DNA of 64,000 bases from a virus (taxonomy: Duplodnaviria > Caudoviricetes). The notes beneath the pieces were generated by a model. That model did not search any database. It worked only from the letters and a program-made list of their open reading frames with translations, and was not told where the DNA came from. The position numbers and the translations under genes were made by a program. The stretch's first letter is position 1. Every line of letters begins with the position of its first letter. Shown here piece by piece: positions 1-7,659 of the stretch. Location of the stretch: positions 20,617 through 84,616 of the IMG/VR virus record IMGVR_UViG_3300016263_001265; one strand, written 5' to 3'.

Positions 1-87
1 GGAGCAGACCGCGAGACATGCCGTCAAATATCCATGAGTCGGGAAGTTCGTTGTCTACAGAGTTCCATAGTTCGTCGAGCGGGTGTT

Positions 88-747
88 TCACTTTTCCCCC
101 TTTGTGATGATCTGGTTTGGCTCGTATGTCCATGCGTCCTGGTCGCCGAGCGGACTGAAGCGCTCACCCTCTGCCGAGTATTCGACCGTGCTGACCTTGA
201 AGTCCGGTGTCTTCTTGTTCTTGAATACCAGCGCCTCGTCGTCCCACAGGATGCGGTTGTTCGGCTGGGCCGCGAACTGTCCGTTCTCCAGTCGGATGAA
301 ATTGTACGACTTGTGTTCCGACGGAAGTCTCGAGTAGCCCGTGTCTAGCTCGTTTGGGTCGCCCTCGACAAGGTCGACAGTGAACATGTATGTGCCGTCG
401 TGCCACGAGCCCTTGGTGTCGCGGAACTTGCACCCCATCCCCTTGAGGAACGACTTCTCTATGACAGAGATCGCGTTCGTTCCGACATCCCAGAGTTGCA
501 GTGTTCCGAGCGGAAGGTCTGGGCTTGGGGTTCTAGGGCTCGTGGTGAATGCGCTGATCGGCAACTTGTCGTACAGCGCGCCGTATTCCGGCAGAAATGC
601 TTCGATGTAGAGTGCGCGGTGCCTCAGCGCCTTGACAGAAACCCAGTAGCACGGGGTGAACTCGCCGTGACCATCCTGCAGGTCGCGCAGGTACTCCTTG
701 CGGACATAGCAGGAAATCGGCGGAAGGTTGGCAAGCGGCTGCGGCAT
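88..747 (-). CDS. conserved phage hypothetical protein
   Basis: 219-aa ORF co-oriented with its neighbours, with a globular-looking composition; no catalytic motif recognised. Confidence 0.6.
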   Translation of the reverse strand: MPQPLANLPPISCYVRKEYLRDLQDGHGEFTPCYWVSVKALRHRALYIEAFLPEYGALYDKLPISAFTTSPRTPSPDLPLGTLQLWDVGTNAISVIEKSFLKGMGCKFRDTKGSWHDGTYMFTVDLVEGDPNELDTGYSRLPSEHKSYNFIRLENGQFAAQPNNRILWDDEALVFKNKKTPDFKVSTVEYSAEGERFSPLGDQDAWTYEPNQIITKGEK

Positions 748-759
748 CGTGCCCTCCGA

Positions 760-915
760 TCAGGAAAGCGCCCTGGCGATGCCAGCGGCGATTGCGACGA
801 TAGCGACGAGAAGGATCACCGTCGCGTAGACACCAGAGCCGTGCTGATTCAGTTCGCTTGGCTTTCCGGTGTAGACGAATTTAGATCCAGAAACCTGCTT
901 GATCTTCTTCTTCAT
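760..915 (-). CDS. small membrane protein (51 aa)
   Basis: Hand-translated MKKKIKQ...VYATVILLVAIVAIAAGIARALS; basic N-terminus plus one hydrophobic helix; ATG overlaps the MazG stop. Confidence 0.5.
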   Translation of the reverse strand: MKKKIKQVSGSKFVYTGKPSELNQHGSGVYATVILLVAIVAIAAGIARALS

Positions 916-1376
916 GCGTCCTCCCTATTGATGCTGCGTTCGATAGAGAACCCCTTCGGATATCTCATCCTCAGCTTCCGCTCGTTGATCTGGGCAACCT
1001 CCCCAAGGTCGATCCCGGTGACCGTGGCAATCTCGGAGATGTACCAGAGGATATCGCCGAGTTCCATGGTGAGGTAGGCGCGATCAAGTTCGTGCCCGTG
1101 CCCGACCCACTTCTTCAGGTGGTCGATCAGTTCTCCAGACTCGCCAGCCAGCCCCATGCAGGCGATGGCGGCGCGGCCTTTCGGTCCGGGGATTTCGACG
1201 TTCCCACGCGCCGTGACTGCCGCACCCGCCTGGTACGAACTGAAACTGAGCGGGACGTTCCCGCGGGTTTCGACACTGTGGTCGCAGCAGTTGCCCTCAG
1301 AGCACCCGACACACGCACAGTTGCATGCTTGTCCCAGAATCATCGTCGTTCCTCCGCTATCGCAATTCAGGCACAC
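912..1376 (-). CDS. mazG: MazG-like nucleotide pyrophosphohydrolase with Cys-rich N-terminus
   Basis: GLAGESGELIDHLKK...ELGDILWY...KLRMRYP matches the all-alpha NTP-PPase (MazG-like) signature. Confidence 0.85.
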   Translation of the reverse strand: MCLNCDSGGTTMILGQACNCACVGCSEGNCCDHSVETRGNVPLSFSSYQAGAAVTARGNVEIPGPKGRAAIACMGLAGESGELIDHLKKWVGHGHELDRAYLTMELGDILWYISEIATVTGIDLGEVAQINERKLRMRYPKGFSIERSINREDA

Positions 1377-1379
1377 GGA

Positions 1380-1538
1380 TCAACCCTTGAAGTGGGCGAC
1401 GATCATGTAGCCCAGGGTGATCCCGACCACCCCAAGGACGCCGGGGATGTTCGGCGGCGCTGGGACATACGCCCCAACAAGAGAGAAAAGCGCGCCAACC
1501 GCGGCACCGGTGACCAATGGAAGAATGTACTCGCCCAT
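1380..1538 (-). CDS. XapX/DUF1427-like small membrane protein (52 aa)
   Basis: Hand-translated MGEYILPLVTGAAVGALFSLVGAYVPAPPNIPGVLGVVGITLGYMIVAHFKG; two hydrophobic helices around a PAPP motif; GGAG RBS upstream. Confidence 0.65.
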   Translation of the reverse strand: MGEYILPLVTGAAVGALFSLVGAYVPAPPNIPGVLGVVGITLGYMIVAHFKG

Positions 1539-1547
1539 GTGAACTCC

Positions 1548-1724
1548 TTACTTGTCTGCCAGCCAGCACAACTCGCAATCGGTTGTGTCTGGAAGGTAGT
1601 ATTCCTTGCACTCGTGTTCCTTGAGTGCGTTGTCGAAGCAGTCATCGCAATGGAACGTGAACTGCTGATCTTTCGAGAACTTCGGATCGTGCTGTGCGCA
1701 GGGATCGAAATCTACCTCACCCAC
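1548..1724 (-). CDS. small Cys-rich hypothetical protein
   Basis: GTG start after AAGGAG; HCDDC and DCELC motifs. Confidence 0.5.
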   Translation of the reverse strand: MGEVDFDPCAQHDPKFSKDQQFTFHCDDCFDNALKEHECKEYYLPDTTDCELCWLADK

Positions 1725-2199
1725 ACTCGCACTCCTTCTGCATGATGGCAAACACCGGCATGCCAGGCTGGATATACGCACCCTCGACGTTGAAGGAGAT
1801 GTACTCGTCTGCATCGGAGAAGAACCGCTCTTCGTCCTCGAGTTCGACAGTCCGTGCGCCGTTTGCTGCGTGCTCGTCCATCATCTCACGCGCAAGCCGT
1901 TCCACCATCTTGTTCCTGTCGTAGATCGCCACGGTCTTCGGGCCGTCGCTGCCGTGGAAGATCGTCCCGTGTCCGATCAGGCAGTCGTCCCACCCGTCGG
2001 CATACAGCACGTCGTCGATCCTCTCTATTGCTGGTCTCACGATGGTTGTCTGTTCGTCCATCTCTTGAATCCTCCATACTCCGTGCGGCACACCGTAGGT
2101 GTTGTACCCGACGATGTGCATCCTGCCGTTTGGCAGTATAGCCCCGTAGAGCCTGATGTGCAAACCACGTACCGTGGCGCACACACCCAACCGTTTCAT
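1717..2199 (-). CDS. hypothetical protein
   Basis: ORF in operon; probable ATG at 2199 overlaps the upstream stop (ATGA). Confidence 0.55.
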   Translation of the reverse strand: MKRLGVCATVRGLHIRLYGAILPNGRMHIVGYNTYGVPHGVWRIQEMDEQTTIVRPAIERIDDVLYADGWDDCLIGHGTIFHGSDGPKTVAIYDRNKMVERLAREMMDEHAANGARTVELEDEERFFSDADEYISFNVEGAYIQPGMPVFAIMQKECECG

Positions 2200-2531
2200 C
2201 TTTTCCTGATCTTTTCCAGCGACCTCGGGTCGATAGGGGTGCTGACGTACCATGCGTCGAGCACCCATCGGGTCCAGAGATCTGGGTAGTACCCTGGGGC
2301 GTACCTGCTGGCAATCAGTTGCCTGTAGCGGCGGTCGGGTAGCAGGCGTATGTGGTTCACAGCAGAACTAGCCGCTACCTCAATTTTTCCGCAAAAAATT
2401 TTCCCTTCTTTCACATCGTAACGAAGCAAAGAAAAAGGAACGACTTGGACAGTATCTTCTTTGATGGCGATAACCATGCGATTCTGTTTCATCTTGAGCC
2501 GCGCGCGAGGATCACGTGTTCCCGTACCCAA
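2196..2531 (-). CDS. hypothetical protein
   Basis: ORF co-oriented and tightly packed in the operon. Confidence 0.5.
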   Translation of the reverse strand: MGTGTRDPRARLKMKQNRMVIAIKEDTVQVVPFSLLRYDVKEGKIFCGKIEVAASSAVNHIRLLPDRRYRQLIASRYAPGYYPDLWTRWVLDAWYVSTPIDPRSLEKIRKR

Positions 2532-2582
2532 GAGCCAGATGAAAACTCTTGGGTACGGGTCTCCGAAGGAGAGGCGACATTG

Positions 2583-2684
2583 TTATCTATTGACGATTCT
2601 GAACCAGAGGGTCCAGAGAGCCAACGACAACGTAGAGCCGACGACGACGGCTGCGACGTAACTGAAGAACGTACCGATATCCAT
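2583..2684 (-). CDS. small membrane protein (33 aa)
   Basis: MDIGTFFSYVAAVVVGSTLSLALWTLWFRIVNR, starting 1 nt after the ssb stop. Confidence 0.5.
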   Translation of the reverse strand: MDIGTFFSYVAAVVVGSTLSLALWTLWFRIVNR

Positions 2685-2685
2685 G

Positions 2686-3060
2686 TTAGAACGGGATGTC
2701 GGAGAAGTCTGGCTCTTCAGCCTCGGCCTTCGATCCGCCAGAACCCTTGCCTTTTGCCAGGAGATCGAACGTCTGCGCCGTGATCTGGATCGACGCCTTG
2801 TTCTCTCCGCTTCTTGTCGTGAATGTCTTGACGCTCGGGCTTCCAGCAACGCACACAAGGTCGCCCTTGTCGAGAAGGCGAACCGCCAACTCGGCCTGCT
2901 TCTCCCACACCGATACGTCGTACCAATTCGTGGTCTCCTCGCCTGCGCGCTTGTTCTTGACGGCGACGCTGAACGAGCTGACCTGCTTGCCGTTCTTGGT
3001 TGATCGCAGCTCTGGCTTTGCGCCGAGTCGACCGGTGATTTCCAATCTCTCCTTAGCCAT
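2686..3060 (-). CDS. ssb: single-stranded DNA-binding protein
   Basis: ITGRLGAKPELR, TNWYDVSVWEKQAE, LDKGDLVCVAG OB-fold motifs and acidic C-terminal DFSDIPF. Confidence 0.95.
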   Translation of the reverse strand: MAKERLEITGRLGAKPELRSTKNGKQVSSFSVAVKNKRAGEETTNWYDVSVWEKQAELAVRLLDKGDLVCVAGSPSVKTFTTRSGENKASIQITAQTFDLLAKGKGSGGSKAEAEEPDFSDIPF

Positions 3061-3438
3061 TTACAACTCCTGACTGAGAACCAGGACGATGTGTTCGTTC
3101 TTGTTCCCAAACTCTAGTTCCCACACACGTGGTATGAACCAGCGGTCGTTCACTTGAAGCCCCGTCGCGACCGCATCGAGCGTGAGCTTCAGCAAATTGT
3201 CCGCGTCCATCGGGCGATTGAGATGCGCCCAGATGTCGATGACGATTCGCTTCTTATCCACCGGAATAAAGTCCGGCCTCTTGATTATAGCAGACCTCGT
3301 GACCAGCGCAACCATCTCTTTCCACGCCTTTGCTTCTCGCGTCATGTAGATGATCCTTCCGGCAACTCGGTATGCCCTGTTCCACGAAGGTGGCCTTCCC
3401 TGCAACACAACAACGAGCGGGTCAGTCCAGCCTTCCAA
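3061..3438 (-). CDS. rusA: RusA-like Holliday junction resolvase
   Basis: PPSWNRAYR, DADNLLKLTLDAVATGLQVNDRW (D-x-D-N-x-x-K...D...D); probable TTG start at 3438. Confidence 0.85.
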   Translation of the reverse strand: MEGWTDPLVVVLQGRPPSWNRAYRVAGRIIYMTREAKAWKEMVALVTRSAIIKRPDFIPVDKKRIVIDIWAHLNRPMDADNLLKLTLDAVATGLQVNDRWFIPRVWELEFGNKNEHIVLVLSQEL

Positions 3439-4057
3439 GCCTGATACGCTGGTCTTCCCCTCCCACTTTGACAGCGCGACAGGTTTGCTGTAGGCGGGAG
3501 ACGAGAGCCCCATATCCAAGGGCGTCGAGCTCGTCGAGTCCGCGGTTCGTCGTGGCGATCGTCGAGAGGCAGGCACTGTATCGGCTTTCGACAAGGACGT
3601 AGAGCCGTTCGGCAGCCCAGTCTGTTGCCTTCTCCTTCCCCAAGTCATCCAAGACGACGACGGATGCGCGCGTCACGCAGAAGTCAAACAGGTCGATGAC
3701 TTCGCTGTCATTATACTTCATCGACTGGCGAATCTTATCCAAAAAGATCGGCACGTTGATGAACCTGATGTTTGTCGTCCCCGCGGCAATCTTCTCTCTG
3801 ATCGCCCCGACGGCGAGGTGGGTCTTTCCCGTGCCTGGCGGTCCGACGAAAAGCAGGCCTCTCTCGCCAAGCGGAGCCCGTGCCCACTCCTCGGCAGCCT
3901 TGAGGGCCGTATTAGAGCCATTCTGAGCCTTGAAATTCTCCAGGGTGCTGTCTAGGTACCTTTTTGGAATTCCTGCGCTCTGGAGCGCTCTGGGGAGGTC
4001 CTGCGGGGCCTTCGAGGTGTTCATCACCTCGTCTAGGTAGACCACGTCCTGGCTCAT
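3422..4057 (-). CDS. DnaC/IstB-like AAA+ ATPase (helicase loader)
   Basis: Walker A GPPGTGKTHLA, Walker B VVVLDDLG, TIATTN; adjacent to the replication initiator. Confidence 0.9.
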   Translation of the reverse strand: MSQDVVYLDEVMNTSKAPQDLPRALQSAGIPKRYLDSTLENFKAQNGSNTALKAAEEWARAPLGERGLLFVGPPGTGKTHLAVGAIREKIAAGTTNIRFINVPIFLDKIRQSMKYNDSEVIDLFDFCVTRASVVVLDDLGKEKATDWAAERLYVLVESRYSACLSTIATTNRGLDELDALGYGALVSRLQQTCRAVKVGGEDQRIRLGRLD

Positions 4058-4149
4058 CGGTCATCCTTCCAGCCAGTAAACGCGGCAACCAGGAACATGA
4101 TCGCCAGCAGGGCCATGAACAAGATCCCAGCCTTTGTCGTCGCTTCCAT
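4054..4149 (-). CDS. small membrane protein (31 aa)
   Basis: MEATTKAGILFMALLAIMFLVAAFTGWKDDR fills the gap between two replication genes. Confidence 0.45.
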   Translation of the reverse strand: MEATTKAGILFMALLAIMFLVAAFTGWKDDR

Positions 4150-4151
4150 GC

Positions 4152-4823
4152 CTACTCCTCCAAATGGGCGTCTCGGACACTTGCCGAAATCGCAACCCTT
4201 TTGTTGTTTCCGTTTTTCGACATTGCTGTCAGGTACGCAATCGGATCTCCCTTCAAATCTCGTAGCGCAGCCTCGCAGACCGCCGCCATCAGCGCGGGGA
4301 TTCCGCCAGGATATTCGCGCATCAACTTTGCGATTCTGGAATAGTCGTTTTTCTGCGGCACGATTCCATGCATCTGACCCATGAACTCGACCATCCTGCC
4401 CTGCTTGTTGCTGCTCGACACGATGTACTCGAGCCACTCTTTCATGCTTCTCGATGGAATCTCTTTTTCCCCAGTGACTCGCGCCATCCTGCTTCTCGCC
4501 GAAAGCGCCATCGCCTCTCTTGCCGCCTTCAGACCGTCGTCTGGCTCCTGCCACTCGTCCCAATCGTGGACAACAAGACCGTCGAGAAGTCCGACCCTGC
4601 GAAACTGGATGATGAATTTTGCGTTCTGCGTTCCGATCATCGCTTCGATGTGCTGATCAGACTCGAACACTCCGTTGGTTTCGGATGCAGCGCACAGAAG
4701 AACGATCCACGCCCACCGCGCATTGTTGTCCGAGAGCCTCCACAGTTTCTTGTGTCGTGGAAGATCGCTGTAGCAGCGCCAGTAAACTCGGTGAGCTTCC
4801 AGCTCGTCAATCGGGATAATCAT
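4152..4823 (-). CDS. putative replication initiator / replisome organiser
   Basis: N-terminal ...RHKKLWRL...RWAWIVLLCAASETNG resembles phage initiator winged-helix N-termini; lies upstream of the DnaC-like gene. Confidence 0.6.
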   Translation of the reverse strand: MIIPIDELEAHRVYWRCYSDLPRHKKLWRLSDNNARWAWIVLLCAASETNGVFESDQHIEAMIGTQNAKFIIQFRRVGLLDGLVVHDWDEWQEPDDGLKAAREAMALSARSRMARVTGEKEIPSRSMKEWLEYIVSSSNKQGRMVEFMGQMHGIVPQKNDYSRIAKLMREYPGGIPALMAAVCEAALRDLKGDPIAYLTAMSKNGNNKRVAISASVRDAHLEE

Positions 4824-4832
4824 CGTCTCTCC

Positions 4833-5702
4833 TTATTCCCAATCTGGCCAAAGATTTTTCTTCAGCGACGGAACAAGTCCGTACAGCTCCTTCCTGTTCT
4901 CGGTGATCGGCTGTGGGTGGCTTTCCCACTTGTTGCACAAAGACTTGAATTCGCATGTTGCGTGGGCAAACGCTGTCGGATTCGGATACACTGCGCCCTT
5001 CTCTATCGCATCCAGAAACGCGCGAGCGCCGATGTACATCTTGTCGATGTCGTCCTGCGTTCTCGTAGTGACTCGCCTGTCGACGTTCACGCCCTTGGCG
5101 GAGTTGCTGATGATGTTGAACGTCACGCTAGGGTTGTGCTCGAAATTTTCCCGTACCGCGTTCACATACGCTGTCGCCTGGATGTCCCCATGCTCGCGTT
5201 CCTTTTCCCATCGACGCTGCGCCGTCTTGTGCTCGACAACGTTGAAGTCCTTGTTCAACATGTCTAGGTTTGTCTTGAGAAGAATCGGAAGCTTCCCAAG
5301 CTTTGAATGCTTGATGTCGGACATCAACGTGTGCTCGACATACTTTGCCTCCCAGTTGTCGCCCTCAAGTATTGCCGCCCGAAGCATCTCCTCGCCGCCA
5401 AATCCTTCGCTGAGAAGGTCGCGCTCTTTTTCGGAGGACCAATCGACCTTCTCGGACTCAAGCGCCCAGACCTTTCTGTAATGGTTGTATACCGCAGAAA
5501 GATCTCCTGTTTTCTTGTGCCCAGTTATCGGGTCGTACCATCTCTGAAGCCCGGCGTGAACCGATGTGCCCACGGCAAAGTACGCCGTGGTCCTGTCGGT
5601 CCACATGCCAAGTCGGTACTTGTACCACCAGCGCAACGGGCAGGAGAGAAACTCTCGCAGCTCGCTTACACTGATGTGCTCTGGGTGTCGCTCCTCAATC
5701 AT
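4833..5702 (-). CDS. PD-(D/E)XK nuclease (RecB/Cas4-like exonuclease)
   Basis: HISVSELREFLSCPLRWWYKY, GTSVHAGL, NLDML...VVEHKT, QATAY motifs. Confidence 0.85.
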   Translation of the reverse strand: MIEERHPEHISVSELREFLSCPLRWWYKYRLGMWTDRTTAYFAVGTSVHAGLQRWYDPITGHKKTGDLSAVYNHYRKVWALESEKVDWSSEKERDLLSEGFGGEEMLRAAILEGDNWEAKYVEHTLMSDIKHSKLGKLPILLKTNLDMLNKDFNVVEHKTAQRRWEKEREHGDIQATAYVNAVRENFEHNPSVTFNIISNSAKGVNVDRRVTTRTQDDIDKMYIGARAFLDAIEKGAVYPNPTAFAHATCEFKSLCNKWESHPQPITENRKELYGLVPSLKKNLWPDWE

Positions 5703-6301
5703 CCAAGAATCTCCGCTCGGCGGCTCTTGAACTTCTTGACAAGCATCTCCCTTGAGACCTCGTCAATTTCAATACCGTCTGCGGACGAGTTGTTTACGCG
5801 CTGGCCGATGGCGTTCAACTGCTCGATGGTCTTTGCCGCGTCAAACTCTGCGACAAACTTCTCGATGTGCGGGGGAAGGACGACATCGTCAAACACCTCC
5901 GCTGCGGCCCTGGCAATGGACTTTGATGCTCCGCCCTTTGCCTTGATCTCGTCATCCGACGCGATGCGCTTTGACGGAAGCCCGGCCATGACCAGCGCAC
6001 GGCCGACTGCCGATGTCTCGCAGTTCTCAATCTCAGATCCGCGAGTGTACGGCGTGCTGCCTGGAATCTGCATCGCACTGTGACCGATGCCAGCAGGGCG
6101 ATCGTCCATGAACCCAAGCTCGTCGTTTGCGCCGCTATCGCCCTTGACTCCGCGATATGCACGCGCCTCGATTACAACGCGCTTTTCTGTGTGCTCGACA
6201 ATGCGCGTTTCAATGCGCGCATTGGGGTACGCCTCGTACCATGCGCGGATTCTCTCCGCGACATCAACGTAATCCTTCAGAACGCTCTTATCGAATGCCA
6301 T
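5699..6301 (-). CDS. putative ssDNA-annealing protein (Rad52/Sak-like)
   Basis: YVDVAERI...IENCETSAVGRAL...IASDDE; paired with the exonuclease gene. Confidence 0.7.
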   Translation of the reverse strand: MAFDKSVLKDYVDVAERIRAWYEAYPNARIETRIVEHTEKRVVIEARAYRGVKGDSGANDELGFMDDRPAGIGHSAMQIPGSTPYTRGSEIENCETSAVGRALVMAGLPSKRIASDDEIKAKGGASKSIARAAAEVFDDVVLPPHIEKFVAEFDAAKTIEQLNAIGQRVNNSSADGIEIDEVSREMLVKKFKSRRAEILG

Positions 6302-6302
6302 C

Positions 6303-6569
6303 TCAGCCCTCCTTGCTCATATACTGATCGAGATCCTCGAACAGCTTCTTCTCTTCAATGCCGAGAAACTCTGCAATGCGCTGTCGCATTGGCTTGCTTA
6401 TCGGCGCCTGTCCGTACTGTACCTGATTCAGGTAACCATAGGAAACCCCAAGGTGCCGCGCCAGAAACCTTCTTTTGATTCCAGTCTCTTCTAGGAGTCT
6501 CCAAACCTGAGCAGTCTTTTTCCTTTGGATCAAGCGCTGCTCTGCAAAATTAGGACCTGTCTGCTTCAT
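6303..6569 (-). CDS. XRE-family helix-turn-helix regulator
   Basis: IKRRFLARHLGVSYGYLNQVQYGQAPIS...RIAEFLGI; ATG at 6569 after a GGAG RBS. Confidence 0.75.
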   Translation of the reverse strand: MKQTGPNFAEQRLIQRKKTAQVWRLLEETGIKRRFLARHLGVSYGYLNQVQYGQAPISKPMRQRIAEFLGIEEKKLFEDLDQYMSKEG

Positions 6570-6573
6570 GAAT

Positions 6574-6816
6574 TCACTCCGCCCTATTGCTTTCTGTCGC
6601 TCCGACCAGCCACTCCTGGAGAGCATAGTTTATGCCCTCGTTGTACGCAACGTGGTCAGAGGGCTCTAGCATCGGCTCCATTGCCGCGGCGGCGTTCGCC
6701 GCCTCAAATCCGATAACCTCTCTAGGCTTGTCCAGAGATTCCGTCTTCTGAAGAATGCTGCTCAACTGCAGCTTGAATCTCCAACTCCCCAGTTGCGTCA
6801 TTTCCAGTTCCGTCAT
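6574..6816 (-). CDS. hypothetical protein
   Basis: ORF in operon; probable start MTELEMTQ. Confidence 0.45.
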   Translation of the reverse strand: MTELEMTQLGSWRFKLQLSSILQKTESLDKPREVIGFEAANAAAAMEPMLEPSDHVAYNEGINYALQEWLVGATESNRAE

Positions 6817-7027
6817 CTTCCTGTTTCCCCTTTCCGTGGAAAGAGCATTCCTCCAATATGCAAGAGGACTTTGCTGCCCCCGGCTTGTCGACGGTCTCTT
6901 CAAAGCTCATCATCCTGCCACCGCGCTTGCAGTGCTCGTTGGAGCAAAACAAGCCACCTGTGACCAGTTCGTAGAGCTTCCCGCCACAAGCGTAGCAGGA
7001 CCGCCACCAGATACCAACTTCGGCCAT
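6722..7027 (-). CDS. hypothetical protein with CxxC/CxxxxC motifs
   Basis: Strong RBS (AAAGGAGG) before the ATG; CYACGG and CSNEHC. Confidence 0.5.
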   Translation of the reverse strand: MAEVGIWWRSCYACGGKLYELVTGGLFCSNEHCKRGGRMMSFEETVDKPGAAKSSCILEECSFHGKGKQEDDGTGNDATGELEIQAAVEQHSSEDGISGQA

Positions 7028-7057
7028 ATACCCTCCTTTCGGATATGACCTTACTTG

Positions 7058-7066
7058 ATTATATCA
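7058..7066 (-). promoter_or_regulatory. extended -10 promoter for the leftward replication operon
   Basis: TGaTATAAT on the minus strand, about 30 nt upstream of the ATG at 7027. Confidence 0.6.
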
Positions 7067-7198
7067 CCCTTTGTCAAGGGCCTATCCGGCAGGCAGGCAA
7101 TGTGAAATTTCTGGTTGCCCTTTTTCACAATAGGGCCAAGGCCCCTGCCGATGATCCCGGCAGACCTTGCCATGCAGACCCTGCTGTCGCAGAGAATC

Positions 7199-7513
7199 CT
7201 AGGAAATCTCTTTGCTTCGATCATACCCAAAACCCTCCAGATACTCGTACAGGGCCTCTCGCCATCTCCTGGACGATTCGGTCTTAATCCTGTGGTGCCA
7301 CCCACAAAGTGTTACAAGATTCCACATCTCCGATGGGCCGCGTTTTCCCATCCCCGAATTGAAGACATGGTCTAGCTCCAAGTCTATTCTTCCGCCCGGG
7401 CCAAACTGACTTCCACATTCGTCGTGCATCCCAAGCCTCGGACCAACGCACCCGCGGTCCCTTAGCAAAACGCTTTTCCTTATGGCTGGAGTAACCGGAT
7501 CTTTGTGAGCCAT
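7199..7513 (-). CDS. HNH endonuclease (possibly a packaging-associated HK97 gp74-like nuclease)
   Basis: LELDHV...NLVTLCGWHHRIKT HNH motif; downstream of the portal. Confidence 0.85.
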   Translation of the reverse strand: MAHKDPVTPAIRKSVLLRDRGCVGPRLGMHDECGSQFGPGGRIDLELDHVFNSGMGKRGPSEMWNLVTLCGWHHRIKTESSRRWREALYEYLEGFGYDRSKEIS

Positions 7514-7659
7514 TATTTTCTTTTTCGCCCATTCTTCTTCTTCTCAAGGTCTCGCTCTTCAAGCATAGACTTGGTGGCTGGAATCTCTCCGTTTTTTCTC
7601 ATCACCTTGCAGGGAATGCAAAAGCATGGCTGCTGGTGATAAAGCTCACGACTTGCCAT
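7513..7659 (-). CDS. small basic protein with CxCxxC (48 aa)
   Basis: Hand-translated MASRELYHQQPCFCIPCKVMRKNGEIP...KKKNGRKRK; overlaps the portal stop and the HNH start (TAATG). Confidence 0.5.
   Translation of the reverse strand: MASRELYHQQPCFCIPCKVMRKNGEIPATKSMLEERDLEKKKNGRKRK

Noticed and set aside
400-1745. Long plus-strand ORFs (400-1077, 1092-1745)
   Set aside because: Antisense to a tightly coupled minus-strand operon with recognisable proteins; such ORFs are expected in GC-rich DNA
4833-5702. Cas4-like nuclease as a sign of a CRISPR system
   Set aside because: No repeat-spacer array or other cas genes are visible; its pairing with an annealing protein fits phage recombination
7058-7077. 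TTGACA plus TATAAT as a canonical -35/-10 promoter
   Set aside because: The spacing is only 8 nt; kept only as an extended -10
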